Shown here: positions 51,381 through 61,604 of the stretch, one piece after another
Numbering within the stretch: the stretch's first letter is position 1
Layout of the letters: each line of letters begins with the position of its first letter
From: Candidatus Methanomethylicia archaeon
GTDB lineage: Archaea; Thermoproteota; Methanomethylicia; CALHIW01
Direction: 5' to 3'
Length of the DNA stretch: 64,000 bases
NCBI GenBank assembly: GCA_038845975.1
Contig: JAWBQF010000006.1
Location: 1-64,000, forward strand
Notes under the pieces: generated by a model
What the model saw: only the letters and a program-made list of their open reading frames with translations
Databases searched by the model: none
Told to the model about the DNA's origin: nothing
Made by a program: the position numbers and the translations under genes

Positions 51381-52664
51381 ATGAGTTCAAGGATAAGTAG
51401 GGTTAGGGGAAGAGAGATTTTAGATTCAAGAGGGAATCCAACTGTAGAGGCTGAGGTTATATTGGAAAGTGGAGATGTAGGTGTAGCATCCGTACCCTCA
51501 GGAGCATCTACGGGGAAGTTTGAGGCTTTCGAATTAAGAGATGGGGATAAGAAGAGGTTTAATGGAAGAGGAGTATTAATCGCGGTTAGAAACATTAATA
51601 ATGTTATTTCAAAGGCTTTAATTGGAAGAGATTCATTAAATCAGGAGGAAATCGATAAGGTAATGATAGAGCTTGATGGAACGGAGCGGAAGGAGAAGCT
51701 TGGAGGAAATGCAATTCTAGCAGTTTCTCTCGCTAACATAAAGGCAGCTGCAATATATAGGAGGATACCACTATATAGATATATTGAGGATAGGGAAGAA
51801 TATATTATACCTGTCCCCCTAATGAATATAATAAACGGTGGAAAACATGCAGGAAATAAGCTTTCCATACAGGAGTTTATGATAATTCCATATGGGGTTG
51901 AAAACTTCATGGAGGCTTTAAGGCTAGGTGTTGAAACATACTACAAGCTTAAATCCATACTTAAGGATAAGTACGGCTCCTCAGCAGTTAATGTAGGTGA
52001 TGAAGGTGGATTTACACCACAAATAGATAATACGAGAGAAGCATTATCATTACTAGTTGAGGCTATTAATGCTTCAGGATATACTGAGAAGGAAATAGCA
52101 TTAGGGATTGATGCTGCAGCATCATCATTCTACGATGATGAAAACCATAAGTATAGAATAGATGGATTAATGTTAACAGGAAATGAGCTTATTGACTACT
52201 ACTCTATGTTAATTAATGAATTCCCCATAGTTTCCGTAGAGGATCCATTCCATGAGGAGGATTATGATAGCTTCAAAGAATTTACTGAAAAATTTAGAAA
52301 TAAGATTCAGATAGTTGGTGATGATATATTTGTAACAAATAAGAAAAGACTTGAAATCGGTATAGAGAAAGGTATTGCTAATACTCTCTTATTTAAGGTA
52401 AATCAAATCGGTACTGTAACAGAAGCTTTTGAAACAATGAAGATAGCTATAATGAACAATTATAGAGTAATTGTAAGTCATAGATCTGGAGAAACTGAGG
52501 ATAACTATATAGCTGATATAGCTGTCGGTAAAAGTGTTGGGCAAATAAAGACTGGAGCCCCATGTAGAGGGGAGAGAATAGCTAAATACAATAGATTAAT
52601 TAGGATAAATGAGGAGCTTGAAGATAAGGCTAAATATATTGGAAGAAAATTATTCAATCCCTAA
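51381..52664 (+). CDS. eno: Enolase
   Basis: REILDSRGNPTVE, PSGASTG, GDEGG, SHRSGET, KYNRL. Confidence 0.98.
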   Translation: MSSRISRVRGREILDSRGNPTVEAEVILESGDVGVASVPSGASTGKFEAFELRDGDKKRFNGRGVLIAVRNINNVISKALIGRDSLNQEEIDKVMIELDGTERKEKLGGNAILAVSLANIKAAAIYRRIPLYRYIEDREEYIIPVPLMNIINGGKHAGNKLSIQEFMIIPYGVENFMEALRLGVETYYKLKSILKDKYGSSAVNVGDEGGFTPQIDNTREALSLLVEAINASGYTEKEIALGIDAAASSFYDDENHKYRIDGLMLTGNELIDYYSMLINEFPIVSVEDPFHEEDYDSFKEFTEKFRNKIQIVGDDIFVTNKKRLEIGIEKGIANTLLFKVNQIGTVTEAFETMKIAIMNNYRVIVSHRSGETEDNYIADIAVGKSVGQIKTGAPCRGERIAKYNRLIRINEELEDKAKYIGRKLFNP

Positions 52665-52769
52665 CTAATAATTAAACTTCAATACAGGATTACTTCTTAG
52701 TAGAAAGCTTATTATTTATCCATCTATTGTTGCTTATTAGATTCCAGAATGAATTATAAAGCATGGCTT

Positions 52770-53334
52770 TACTCTAGGTTTACTCATTTAATTATGACAA
52801 GAGTCGTTAAGCTTGTTAGAAAGGAATCATCTACTCTAATTGTTATCTTACATATTTTCATTCATCTAAGACAACTTCAGATATTCTAAGCTTATTACTG
52901 TAAAGATGTAAATTTTAGATATTTAAGCTTCTTGAATCTAATAGAGGAAGACCGGATTTGATTTTAATGATGCCATTACTAGATTCTAAAGATAAGTATT
53001 TTGCTTTAAGTCTTATTAAGGAAGATAATTTACATATGAATTTAGTTGCAAATACACTATTATCCCTATAAATTAACATAACTCTGTATTAATTAATGGA
53101 GTGTTATAGAGTTAATGTAAAATACTGATTAGAAACATATAGTTTAGAATTAGAAATTTGGAGTTAAATAGTATTAAGGATAAATTAAACTCTTAACAAT
53201 TACATGATGATGAGAACGTAATTATGAATAGTATTGCTAAACGGAATATGAATTAATGAAAAGATAAATGTTAAGTATCATGGAGAAACAATACTTAAAT
53301 AGAGATGATAAGATACGCCTAAGTTCACGAGACA
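52770..53334 (+). mobile_element. Decayed IS6-family element with 8-bp TSD CATGGCTT
   Basis: CATGGCTT at 52762-52769 and 53335-53342; interior similar to the 58191 copy. Confidence 0.75.
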
Positions 53335-53418
53335 CATGGCTTGAAAGTTAGATTTATATAGGTAGCTAATTGACATCTAGCAGTTTATAGCTTAGAATAC
53401 TTCTTTACAGGTGGAAGC

Positions 53419-54843
53419 TTGTCTATTAAACCGCTTATAGAGCCGGAGAGCGTAGCAGTAGTTGGAGCATCCAGGAATCCTGCAAAGCTTGGAGCTATAG
53501 TACTTAGAAACCTGATTAATTTAGGTTTTAACGGCCGTATCTATCCAGTTAATCCGAATGCTAATGAGATCATGGGCTTAAAAGCATACCCCTCCGTTAA
53601 GAGTATTCCTGATAATGTTGATTTAGCAGTTATAGTGGTTCCAGCTCCGCAAGTTCTAGATGTTGTAAGGGATTGTGTTGAGAAGAAGGTTAAGGGAATC
53701 GTTATTATTTCATCGGGATTTAAAGATATTGGGGATAAGGGTGCGGTTATTGAGGAACAAATTGTTGAATTAGCTAGGAAGGCTGGAATCCGAATATTTG
53801 GACCTAACACAACAGGTCTCCTTAACACTTCTAAGAAGCTTGCAACAACCTTTGTTCCATTATTTGAGTTGAGGAAGGGTAATGTATCAATTATTGCTCA
53901 AACAGGCTTATTTGCTGGAGCTATGCTTGAATGGCTTGCAACATCTCAAAAGTTTGGAGTTAGTAAGGTTATTGGTTTAGGTAATAAATGTGATGTTGAT
54001 GATGCTGAGGCTTTAGAGTATCTAGGCATTGATCCTGAGACACATGTTATCTTAATGTATGTCGAAGGAGTTAAGGATGGGAGAAGATTTATTGAGGCTG
54101 CACGGCAAGTTGTAGGAAGGAAACCTATTATAATTCTGAAATCTGGACGAACAGAAGCAGGTGCAAAAGCAGCATTAACACATACAGGCTCTTTAACTGG
54201 AAGTAGTCAAATATTCAATGCTGTATGTAGACAGTTAGGATTGATTCAAGTATTAAGCTTTGAGGAGATGGTTGATCTTGCTAAAGCCTTTACCTTTCTA
54301 CCACTACCTAGAGGAAATAGAGTTGCTATTGCATCCATTACAGGTGCAGGATCAGTACTAGCTGCCGACTCATGTATTGAACATGGACTTACTATAGCTC
54401 AGCTATCAAATAAATCAATTGAAATAATTCAATCTCATTTACCACCATGGAGTAAGGCGTCTCATCCAATAGATCTTGAGCCTCTCGTTGAGAACATGAA
54501 TAAAGCAATTGAAGCTTATAGGTTAGCTTTAAATACAGCATTAAGTGATGGAAACGTTGACTCCATGCTAGCAGTTCTACTTGCATCTCACGAATACTGG
54601 AGAGATTCAAAGTTCTGGGTTGATGAGGAAGAGTTAAGAAAAACATTTATAGAGCTTAAAAGAACATATTCTGAAAAACCTCTAGTAATACATTTAATGG
54701 GTGGGAAACCAGCTGTTGATCGATGGACTGAAATTCTTGAGGAAACCGGAATCCCTGTATACTCATCAATAGAGCGAGGAATAAAAGCATTAGCTACACT
54801 AGCTAGCTATGCTAAAACTAAAGTAGCATATACAGTACAGTAA
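53419..54843 (+). CDS. Acyl-CoA synthetase (NDP-forming), alpha subunit
   Basis: VAVVGASR, YPVNP, GPNTTG, KSGRT..THTGSL. Confidence 0.92.
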   Translation: MSIKPLIEPESVAVVGASRNPAKLGAIVLRNLINLGFNGRIYPVNPNANEIMGLKAYPSVKSIPDNVDLAVIVVPAPQVLDVVRDCVEKKVKGIVIISSGFKDIGDKGAVIEEQIVELARKAGIRIFGPNTTGLLNTSKKLATTFVPLFELRKGNVSIIAQTGLFAGAMLEWLATSQKFGVSKVIGLGNKCDVDDAEALEYLGIDPETHVILMYVEGVKDGRRFIEAARQVVGRKPIIILKSGRTEAGAKAALTHTGSLTGSSQIFNAVCRQLGLIQVLSFEEMVDLAKAFTFLPLPRGNRVAIASITGAGSVLAADSCIEHGLTIAQLSNKSIEIIQSHLPPWSKASHPIDLEPLVENMNKAIEAYRLALNTALSDGNVDSMLAVLLASHEYWRDSKFWVDEEELRKTFIELKRTYSEKPLVIHLMGGKPAVDRWTEILEETGIPVYSSIERGIKALATLASYAKTKVAYTVQ

Positions 54844-54899
54844 TAGTATCTATGGAATCTAATAATTCATTATTGAGATGTTGAATTACTTGATTAGGA

Positions 54900-55892
54900 T
54901 TACATATTCAGATTGTTAAGCCTGTACTTCATTACTATTTCTTTTAGGGTTTCAAGTGTTATGTTTCCACCACTAAGAATTAAAGCTACCTTCATGTTTC
55001 TAATTTGGTTTTTCAGTTTTAAAGCTGCAGCTGTTGAAGCTGCTCCTGCCCCTTCAGCTAGTTGATGTGTTACTTCAAGTAATAGGAGAATTGCCTTAGC
55101 TATCTCCTCATCACTTACAAGAACCATATTGTCGAGAAGCCTCCACATAATGTCTAATGTTAGCTCAAACGGTGCTCTTGTAGCTAGTCCTTCAGCAAAT
55201 GTATTTATTGATTCTGTTGTAGTTATTTTCTTATTTCTCCATGAGAGATATACTGCCGGAGCACCTTCAGCCTGTACTCCAATAACTTTTATTTTAGGAT
55301 TTATTGTTTTAGCTACAATACAAGCCGCTGAAGCTCCGCTTCCCCCACCTACAGGGCATATTATAGCATCTACATCTGGAAGATCTTCAAGAACTTCCAG
55401 ATATAGTGTTCCAACACCTGAAATTAAATAAGGTTCATTTCCTGAATGTATGTAGCAGTAGCCCTGCCTAATAGCTTCCCTCTCAGTCCATTCTTTAGCC
55501 TCATCAAAGTCCCTACCATGAAATACTACTTCAGCTCCAAGATCTCTTATGGCTTGAGCCTTAAACGGATTTGCCTTCTCAGGCATAACTATTACTGCTT
55601 TAGCATTAAATATTGATGCCGCATAAGCTATGGATAATCCATGATTCCCAGTTGAAACAGCTATAACTCCCCTTCTTAATTCATTAGGTGAAAGCTTTGA
55701 AATTACGTTTACTCCTCCCCTAACCTTAAATGCACCTGTAACCTGTATGTTCTCGCATTTAATATATGCTTCACATCCTAGAATTCTAGAGAGCTGTCTT
55801 GAATATATTAATGGCGTCCTCCTAATATGTTTAGAAACTATTTTTCTAGCTTCCAATACATCACGTAGTGATGGATACATATATAACCCCAC
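54900..55892 (-). CDS. Threonine/serine dehydratase (PLP)
   Basis: KCENIQVTGAFKVRG, STGNHG, PVGGGSG, SGGN. Confidence 0.93.
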   Translation of the reverse strand: MGLYMYPSLRDVLEARKIVSKHIRRTPLIYSRQLSRILGCEAYIKCENIQVTGAFKVRGGVNVISKLSPNELRRGVIAVSTGNHGLSIAYAASIFNAKAVIVMPEKANPFKAQAIRDLGAEVVFHGRDFDEAKEWTEREAIRQGYCYIHSGNEPYLISGVGTLYLEVLEDLPDVDAIICPVGGGSGASAACIVAKTINPKIKVIGVQAEGAPAVYLSWRNKKITTTESINTFAEGLATRAPFELTLDIMWRLLDNMVLVSDEEIAKAILLLLEVTHQLAEGAGAASTAAALKLKNQIRNMKVALILSGGNITLETLKEIVMKYRLNNLNM

Positions 55893-57121
55893 TAAAGTAG
55901 AGGTATAAGTGTAAATACTATAGCATCAGCAACTATGTTCTCTATTTTTGTATATTCGTTTGGCTGATGAGCAAGCTCATCAATAGTACTCCATACAGCT
56001 GCATGTATACCTCTTCTTCTGAATAATGCAGCAACTGTTCCCCCACCTATCCCTATGGTTTTAGGCTTTATCCCTCTTGAAAGCTCTATAGCCTCTCTAA
56101 GTCTAGAAACAACTTCACTATCCTCAGGTGTTGGTGGTGGAGAATCAATCCTTAAAACAGCTTCAACATCTATTCTTACACCATACCTTCCCTCAAACTC
56201 AGCTTTTAACATGTTAACATCCTTTAAAACCATATCTACATCATATCTTGGAAGTATACGGCAGTCAAAATATATAGTATCAATTCCTGGAATTGTATTT
56301 ATATTTTGTACGTTAAGATCTTTTCTTGTAGGTTCAAACGTTGATTCTTGAGGAGTAAATATAGAGTCTTTATCAACGTATTTTTCATGGAGGTATTCAT
56401 CAATTCTTAAAGCATACATCATTCCAATTCTATGGGCATTCAATCCCTTATGAGGTGTACTTCCATGGGTTTGCTTACCGTAAGTAGTTATTTTAAGCCA
56501 TAATACGCTTTTTTCAGCTATCTCTATTTTCGATCCATTACGAGACCCTGAATCCGGAACTATAATTAAGTCTTCAGGCTTGAAGAATCCCATATCTAAT
56601 AAGTATTTCAATCCATAATGGCTTCCAGCCTCCTCGTCAGATACAAATACAGCACCAAAATTGAATTTAGGCTTAACCTTTAGCATTTTTAATATTTTTA
56701 AAGCCATCATGGATGAAGCTATTGCTTGACCATTATCTTCAGCTCCCCTAGCATATATTTTCCCATCCTTAACTACAGGTTTAAACGGATCAGTACTCCA
56801 AAGCCTTAAGTCTCCCTCCGGAACAGTATCAAGATGTGAGACAATCCAAATACTTCTAGAAGTATTATCTCCCTTAATAACTCCAATAATGTTAGGTCTT
56901 AAACCCTCAGGAACTCTACTATCATGAACATTAATACATTCCAAAACATCAAGACCATAACTACTAAGAATTCTATATAGAGTTTCACCACGCTTAAACT
57001 CTCCCTCACCACCCATAGATGGATTTACTGCTTTAATACTTAAAACATTAAGGAAATCGTTAATAACAGAATCCCTAAGCATATCAGCATATTCTCTAAC
57101 AATGTTTAACAATTCACTCAT
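55892..57121 (-). CDS. M20 family metallopeptidase/deacylase
   Basis: SHLDTVP, RGAEDNG, DEEAGS, HGSTPH, AHQPNEY. Confidence 0.93.
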   Translation of the reverse strand: MSELLNIVREYADMLRDSVINDFLNVLSIKAVNPSMGGEGEFKRGETLYRILSSYGLDVLECINVHDSRVPEGLRPNIIGVIKGDNTSRSIWIVSHLDTVPEGDLRLWSTDPFKPVVKDGKIYARGAEDNGQAIASSMMALKILKMLKVKPKFNFGAVFVSDEEAGSHYGLKYLLDMGFFKPEDLIIVPDSGSRNGSKIEIAEKSVLWLKITTYGKQTHGSTPHKGLNAHRIGMMYALRIDEYLHEKYVDKDSIFTPQESTFEPTRKDLNVQNINTIPGIDTIYFDCRILPRYDVDMVLKDVNMLKAEFEGRYGVRIDVEAVLRIDSPPPTPEDSEVVSRLREAIELSRGIKPKTIGIGGGTVAALFRRRGIHAAVWSTIDELAHQPNEYTKIENIVADAIVFTLIPLL

Positions 57122-57557
57122 AACAACACCTATAATAGAAGTAAATAAATCTAGTGTTAAATAGCTAGATAGCTGCTTGATAAACTATATTTACTATGCT
57201 TACAACTTAATTCTTAATCTGTATAGGGGGAAATATTAATAATTATTCTTGTAGGAAATACTCCATAATTCTCCGTTAGTATTTAGCTCTGGATAAACAT
57301 TAGCTATGAGGAAATTGGAAGATTTGATGAAAGTATAAATAAGTAAATTACTAGGAGCAGTTTACTATAGATTAACTTGTAGATAAGCTTCTAATTCTTA
57401 AAGACTTGTAGTCATCTATAAATATGTAAAGTCAAGTTAAGGAATCTTATAGCTGTAAAAAAGTATTCTAAGCTTATTTAAGATATTTAGTCAAAGAGAA
57501 ATCTTCTACAAGATATTTATTGAAAAAGCTTAAATATGAGATTAAGAATTCTACTTT

Positions 57558-57800
57558 ATGGCTGAAGCATTCATACTTATAAATACTGAGATAGGAGCTG
57601 AAGAGGAAGTTTTAAAGAAGCTTAAAAGCATTGATGGAGTTAAAGAAACATGCATGGTTTACGGTGTTTACGATATTATAGCTAAGATAGAAGCTGAAGA
57701 TCTTGATAAGCTTAAAGATATTGTAACGTGGAGAATTAGAAGACTTGACAAGGTTAGAAGTACAATTACAATGATTGTTGCATCAAGAAGAAAACCCTAA
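57558..57800 (+). CDS. Stand-alone Lrp/AsnC ligand-binding (RAM) domain protein
   Basis: AFILIN..VYGVYDIIAK..IRRLDKVRSTITMI. Confidence 0.9.
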   Translation: MAEAFILINTEIGAEEEVLKKLKSIDGVKETCMVYGVYDIIAKIEAEDLDKLKDIVTWRIRRLDKVRSTITMIVASRRKP

Positions 57801-57847
57801 CAATTACTAGAATTCCTCCAGTAGGAATCTATATTCTACTTAGTAAA

Positions 57848-58138
57848 TTATGCTTTAGATATTTTTCCATATTTACCTACATTAACCTGAATTTTTCCTC
57901 GAAACGTTGTTGTATATCCATTACTAATAACTACAGTATCCCCTACTGAGAAACGATTAATCTGCTCGTTCCAAAGACTTAGCTGAATAGTTCCAGTTTC
58001 ATCCTGTACCGTGGCGTCAGCAACCCTAGCAGAACCAAACCTTGTACTTACATTTCTAGGCTCTGAAACCTCTATAATCTTTACTTTAAGATTTACATTT
58101 CTCATTCCCGGTTTTAAATCAGAAATTTTCAAATACAA
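57848..58138 (-). CDS. ssb: Single OB-fold single-stranded DNA-binding protein (crenarchaeal type)
   Basis: KISDLKPGM.NVN, DETGTIQLSLW, NVGKYGKI. Confidence 0.9.
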   Translation of the reverse strand: MYLKISDLKPGMRNVNLKVKIIEVSEPRNVSTRFGSARVADATVQDETGTIQLSLWNEQINRFSVGDTVVISNGYTTTFRGKIQVNVGKYGKISKA

Positions 58139-58190
58139 TCACCTCACAATCTATCTCTAACTCTATATATAAAGATTTTGGGTTTGAGGA

Positions 58191-58973
58191 GGCTTTGTTA
58201 ATTTTAGCTTTATTTTGGAGTTTTCTCCCTTATTCATAGTGTTAGTATGGTTAAAGTTACTAGATTTGTTAGAGAGAAGTCCGTTTACTCTAGCTTTATG
58301 GTGCTTATATTTCAGTTCATTTAGAATGGCTTCAGATATTCTAAGCTTACTACTGTAGAGATCTATATCGTCATGATTTAGATATTAAGCTTCTATTGAG
58401 TTTGGTTGTTATGTTTGATGATACTATTATAAGTTAGGTTCTATGAGGGAGATTGTTATGTTAATGAGTCATTATTGAGGAGGATTCTATGCATTGTTTG
58501 TGATTTTGTAAATATACTTATATCACTAACATTCCCAGCTTTGTGGCTTAATATTCATTTCTCGTAATCTATATCATTAAATACTATGGTTATAGGAATG
58601 CTTATTAAGCTTTTCGTACTTTATGTAAACTTGAATTTGCAAAATTTCGGAATTAAGCCACAAAGCAACATTCCCTAGAAAAATAAAGACTATATATAGT
58701 TCTAATATAATTTATTTAGCGATGGAGCTCATTATAATAGCATGTAAATATGAATTTAAACATGGTACAGTTTAGAATTAATTGAGAGAATCATAAGTTA
58801 AATAGATAAATTATTTAATAATCATATCATGCATTAGGAAAGTGTTATAGTGTAATGTATTACTAAAATCAATAATATAGCTAAAACATGGATTAATAGA
58901 GGTTAAAGTCAAAGAATTCATATAAGATACAATATAAAATAGAGATAATAAACATGCTTAAATTCACAAAGCC
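58191..58973 (+). mobile_element. Decayed IS6-family element with 8-bp TSD TTTGAGGA
   Basis: TIRs GGCTTTGTTAATTT / AAATTCACAAAGCC; TTTGAGGA at 58183-58190 and 58974-58981; transposase relic (FDDTII, SDGAHY). Confidence 0.88.
58537..58667. mobile_element. 131-bp MITE nested in the IS6 relic, 8-bp TSD ACATTCCC
   Basis: Perfect 15-bp TIR GCTTTGTGGCTTAAT / ATTAAGCCACAAAGC; ACATTCCC at 58529-58536 and 58668-58675. Confidence 0.9.
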
Positions 58974-59285
58974 TTTGAGGATGTGTTCAACCATTTATTT
59001 AAGCCTTATTGATTTTCCTAAGAACCAAGAAAGCAGATTAGACTTCAAGAATAGATTATACATAACTAGGATTTTAAGCTCCACTATATTTACCCTATAA
59101 TTTTGAATTCCTAATAGCTTTGTTGAAATCTATATTCATTTAACCATTTAAAATTAAACCGCTACTGAACTTGAATTCTATTAGGGATAGTATCAGTATT
59201 TAAACCTTAGATTTAGAGCTAATCCAGTAATATATATAGCTATAGAAGATGTATATCTAATAGTTAAAGTCTTAATAGCTATGTA

Positions 59286-60602
59286 GTGGTGGAGTTAGTG
59301 AGAGTATGTATTGGTGGAGGAGGGCTTGCAGGGCTTAGTTTAGCCTATTTTTTAAGAGGATTAAATGATGTGATTTTATTGGAGGCTCATAGTAAGATTG
59401 GAGGATTATTAAAATCTGAGACTACTAATACTTTTACGTTTGATATTGGGGGTGCTCATATAATATTTTCGAGGGATAAAGATATTTTAAACTTCATCAT
59501 AGATATTATAGGTAGGGTTGTTAAGCATAGAAGAGATGCTAGAATATATTATAATGGTAAATTCATCAAGTATCCTTTTGAAAACGGTATTTACATGCTT
59601 AATCCTAAGGAAAGATTCGAAATACTTTTAGACTTTGTAAATAACCTAGTAAGAAGAGAAAAGGGGGAGTTGAAAAAGCCTGAAAATCTTGAAGAATGGT
59701 TTTACTATGTTTTCGGTAAGGCAATTTCGAGAAAGTATTTAGTTCCTTATAATATTAAAATATGGAAGAAACCTTTAAGAAACATATCGACTGAATGGAT
59801 TAATGATAGAATTCCAAATCCCCCAGTAACCGATATATTAAAGGGAGTAGTAGGTATACCTACAGAAGGCTATCTTCACCAGCTAGAATTCTACTATCCT
59901 AAAAGTGGAGGTATAGAAACGTTGGCGAGATCACTTCTAAAAAACATATTGGGAAAAGTAACTATAGAAACAGGAATGAAAATAACAAGCATTAAGATGG
60001 GTAGGGGAGAAATTACTGTTAAAACAGGTAGTAGAAGTATTAAGTGTAACATATTTATAAATACTATACCTCTACCTGAACTAATTAAAGCTATTGATAA
60101 CACTCCGGAGTATATGTTAAAGCTTACTAGAAAGCTTAAATACAATAGTCTTATAGTGGTTGGAGTTGGCTTAAAAAATAGTTTTAAACCATACCACTGG
60201 ATATATTTCCCCCAACGTAAAGTAACATTCCACAGAGTAGCTGCAATAAGCAATTTCACACCTCAACCTGTAGGTTATTCCTCAATAATATTTGAAACAT
60301 CAACACCACCAAACAGTAAACTATGGAAGCTAAATGATAAGGAGATTACTGAGAAAATACTAGGTGAAGCTGAAGAATTAGAGCTACTGAAGAGGGAGAA
60401 TGTAGAGGTAGTAAAGACTTGGAAGTGGAGGTACGCATACATAATATACGATAATGAACATAGTAAAGTAGTAAGTGAAGTATTAAATTATCTAAATGAA
60501 ATTGGCCTATATACTACTGGAAGATTTGGATTATGGAAATATCTAAACATGGACCAGGTAATAATGGAATCGAAAAAACTTACACTAAAAATACTAAAGT
60601 AA
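59286..60602 (+). CDS. FAD-dependent oxidoreductase (protoporphyrinogen oxidase / UDP-galactopyranose mutase-like)
   Basis: GGGLAG, FDIGGAH, YNIKIW, FYYPKSGG, GRFGLWKYLNMD. Confidence 0.88.
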   Translation: MVELVRVCIGGGGLAGLSLAYFLRGLNDVILLEAHSKIGGLLKSETTNTFTFDIGGAHIIFSRDKDILNFIIDIIGRVVKHRRDARIYYNGKFIKYPFENGIYMLNPKERFEILLDFVNNLVRREKGELKKPENLEEWFYYVFGKAISRKYLVPYNIKIWKKPLRNISTEWINDRIPNPPVTDILKGVVGIPTEGYLHQLEFYYPKSGGIETLARSLLKNILGKVTIETGMKITSIKMGRGEITVKTGSRSIKCNIFINTIPLPELIKAIDNTPEYMLKLTRKLKYNSLIVVGVGLKNSFKPYHWIYFPQRKVTFHRVAAISNFTPQPVGYSSIIFETSTPPNSKLWKLNDKEITEKILGEAEELELLKRENVEVVKTWKWRYAYIIYDNEHSKVVSEVLNYLNEIGLYTTGRFGLWKYLNMDQVIMESKKLTLKILK

Positions 60603-60688
60603 ATCTACATTTTAAAATTTATTAAAACACAATGTAAACTATAGTAAAATTTAAAAAGTTTCAAACAATATAGTATTAGGTGATTCAC

Positions 60689-60739
60689 TTGAAAACTCGT
60701 GCAGGTAAGGGAGGTATTCCATTTCCACTCCCATTATAA
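60689..60739 (+). CDS. Putative 16-aa peptide MKTRAGKGGIPFPLPL
   Basis: SD AGGTGA 5 nt before TTG, TATA-like TTTAAAAA ~60650, T-run ~60758-60765. Confidence 0.5.
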   Translation: MKTRAGKGGIPFPLPL

Positions 60740-61604
60740 ATTAATTCCCGCTACAAACTTTTTTTATTAGTTTACAGTATTCAACATCTTAGCTACTAAA
60801 TCCCTAAATTTGTATGTTTAAAATAAAATATGATTTAAATTGTTTCATTCTTTGTTTCAGACATGATGAGCATCTTTTATCGTTTAAGTGTGATTTATTA
60901 AATTGATGTTATTAAACAACTTAAGAGCTACATAAGTTCTATACTAGTATTTCGTGTTAATATTAAGGTTTAGTAGATTAAGATACTTAATATATTTGTT
61001 TTATATTCATTTCTAGTTTAAGTAGGTTTTCTATAGCATTATCTAATCATAGATATTTAACAGCTACCGGTAATGGATAAATAAGCCTTAAAATAAATAT
61101 TAATCCATCAAAACTATAGAAGAGCTCTAGATGAAGCTGGATTAATCTAATAAAAGATTGGGTTTATGTAGCTATTTTACAGTTAAGAATATGTTGGAAC
61201 ATATAGGCTATGAGAAGAAGATGGTTAGCTAGCGAAAATAGGAATGAGACAATAATTGTAAAATATACAAAACATCATAATATTAACGATTTATTAATGA
61301 TTAAGTATCGTGATGGCAATATTTTCATCGTAGTACATCATGGATTTCTGAATCTCCTAAGGGTCTAAACCACTATACGTTAAAACAGAGGTATATGGAA
61401 TCAGTATACTTATCGTTTAGCGGGGAATTAAGTATTCTTAACAGTAGCATCAAATCTAGTAAGCTGCATCCTAGACAATAAAAGAGTAATTGAATACTGG
61501 AACCTATTCGTAAAGGCTATTCACATTATATTATAATCAAGAAGATGAGTTTAAATTGATAGAATATTCTGTTTCAACCAAAAACTTTTTATTTGTTGAG
61601 TTAA

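Noticed and set aside
1231-56351. Many short antisense ORFs overlapping long genes (e.g. 1231-1551, 3135-3587, 8991-9473, 33405-33833, 56055-56351)
   Set aside because: Shadow frames opposite well-supported genes; Ser/Leu/Ile-rich with no motifs
46875-57190. Additional very degenerate TIR-like words ~54 nt upstream of the DUF72 (46875) and M20 (~57175) genes
   Set aside because: Too diverged to count as elements without an HMM; not used as evidence
58191-58973. Assignment of the GGCTTTG-ended, 8-bp-TSD family to IS1595 (ISPna2 group)
   Set aside because: Internal relic peptides (RERTP, DDT, DGA.YY, ER) fit an IS6-type DDE transposase better
61350-61370. GAATCTCCTAAG, similar to the repeat start
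   Set aside because: Only 7 nt match and isolated
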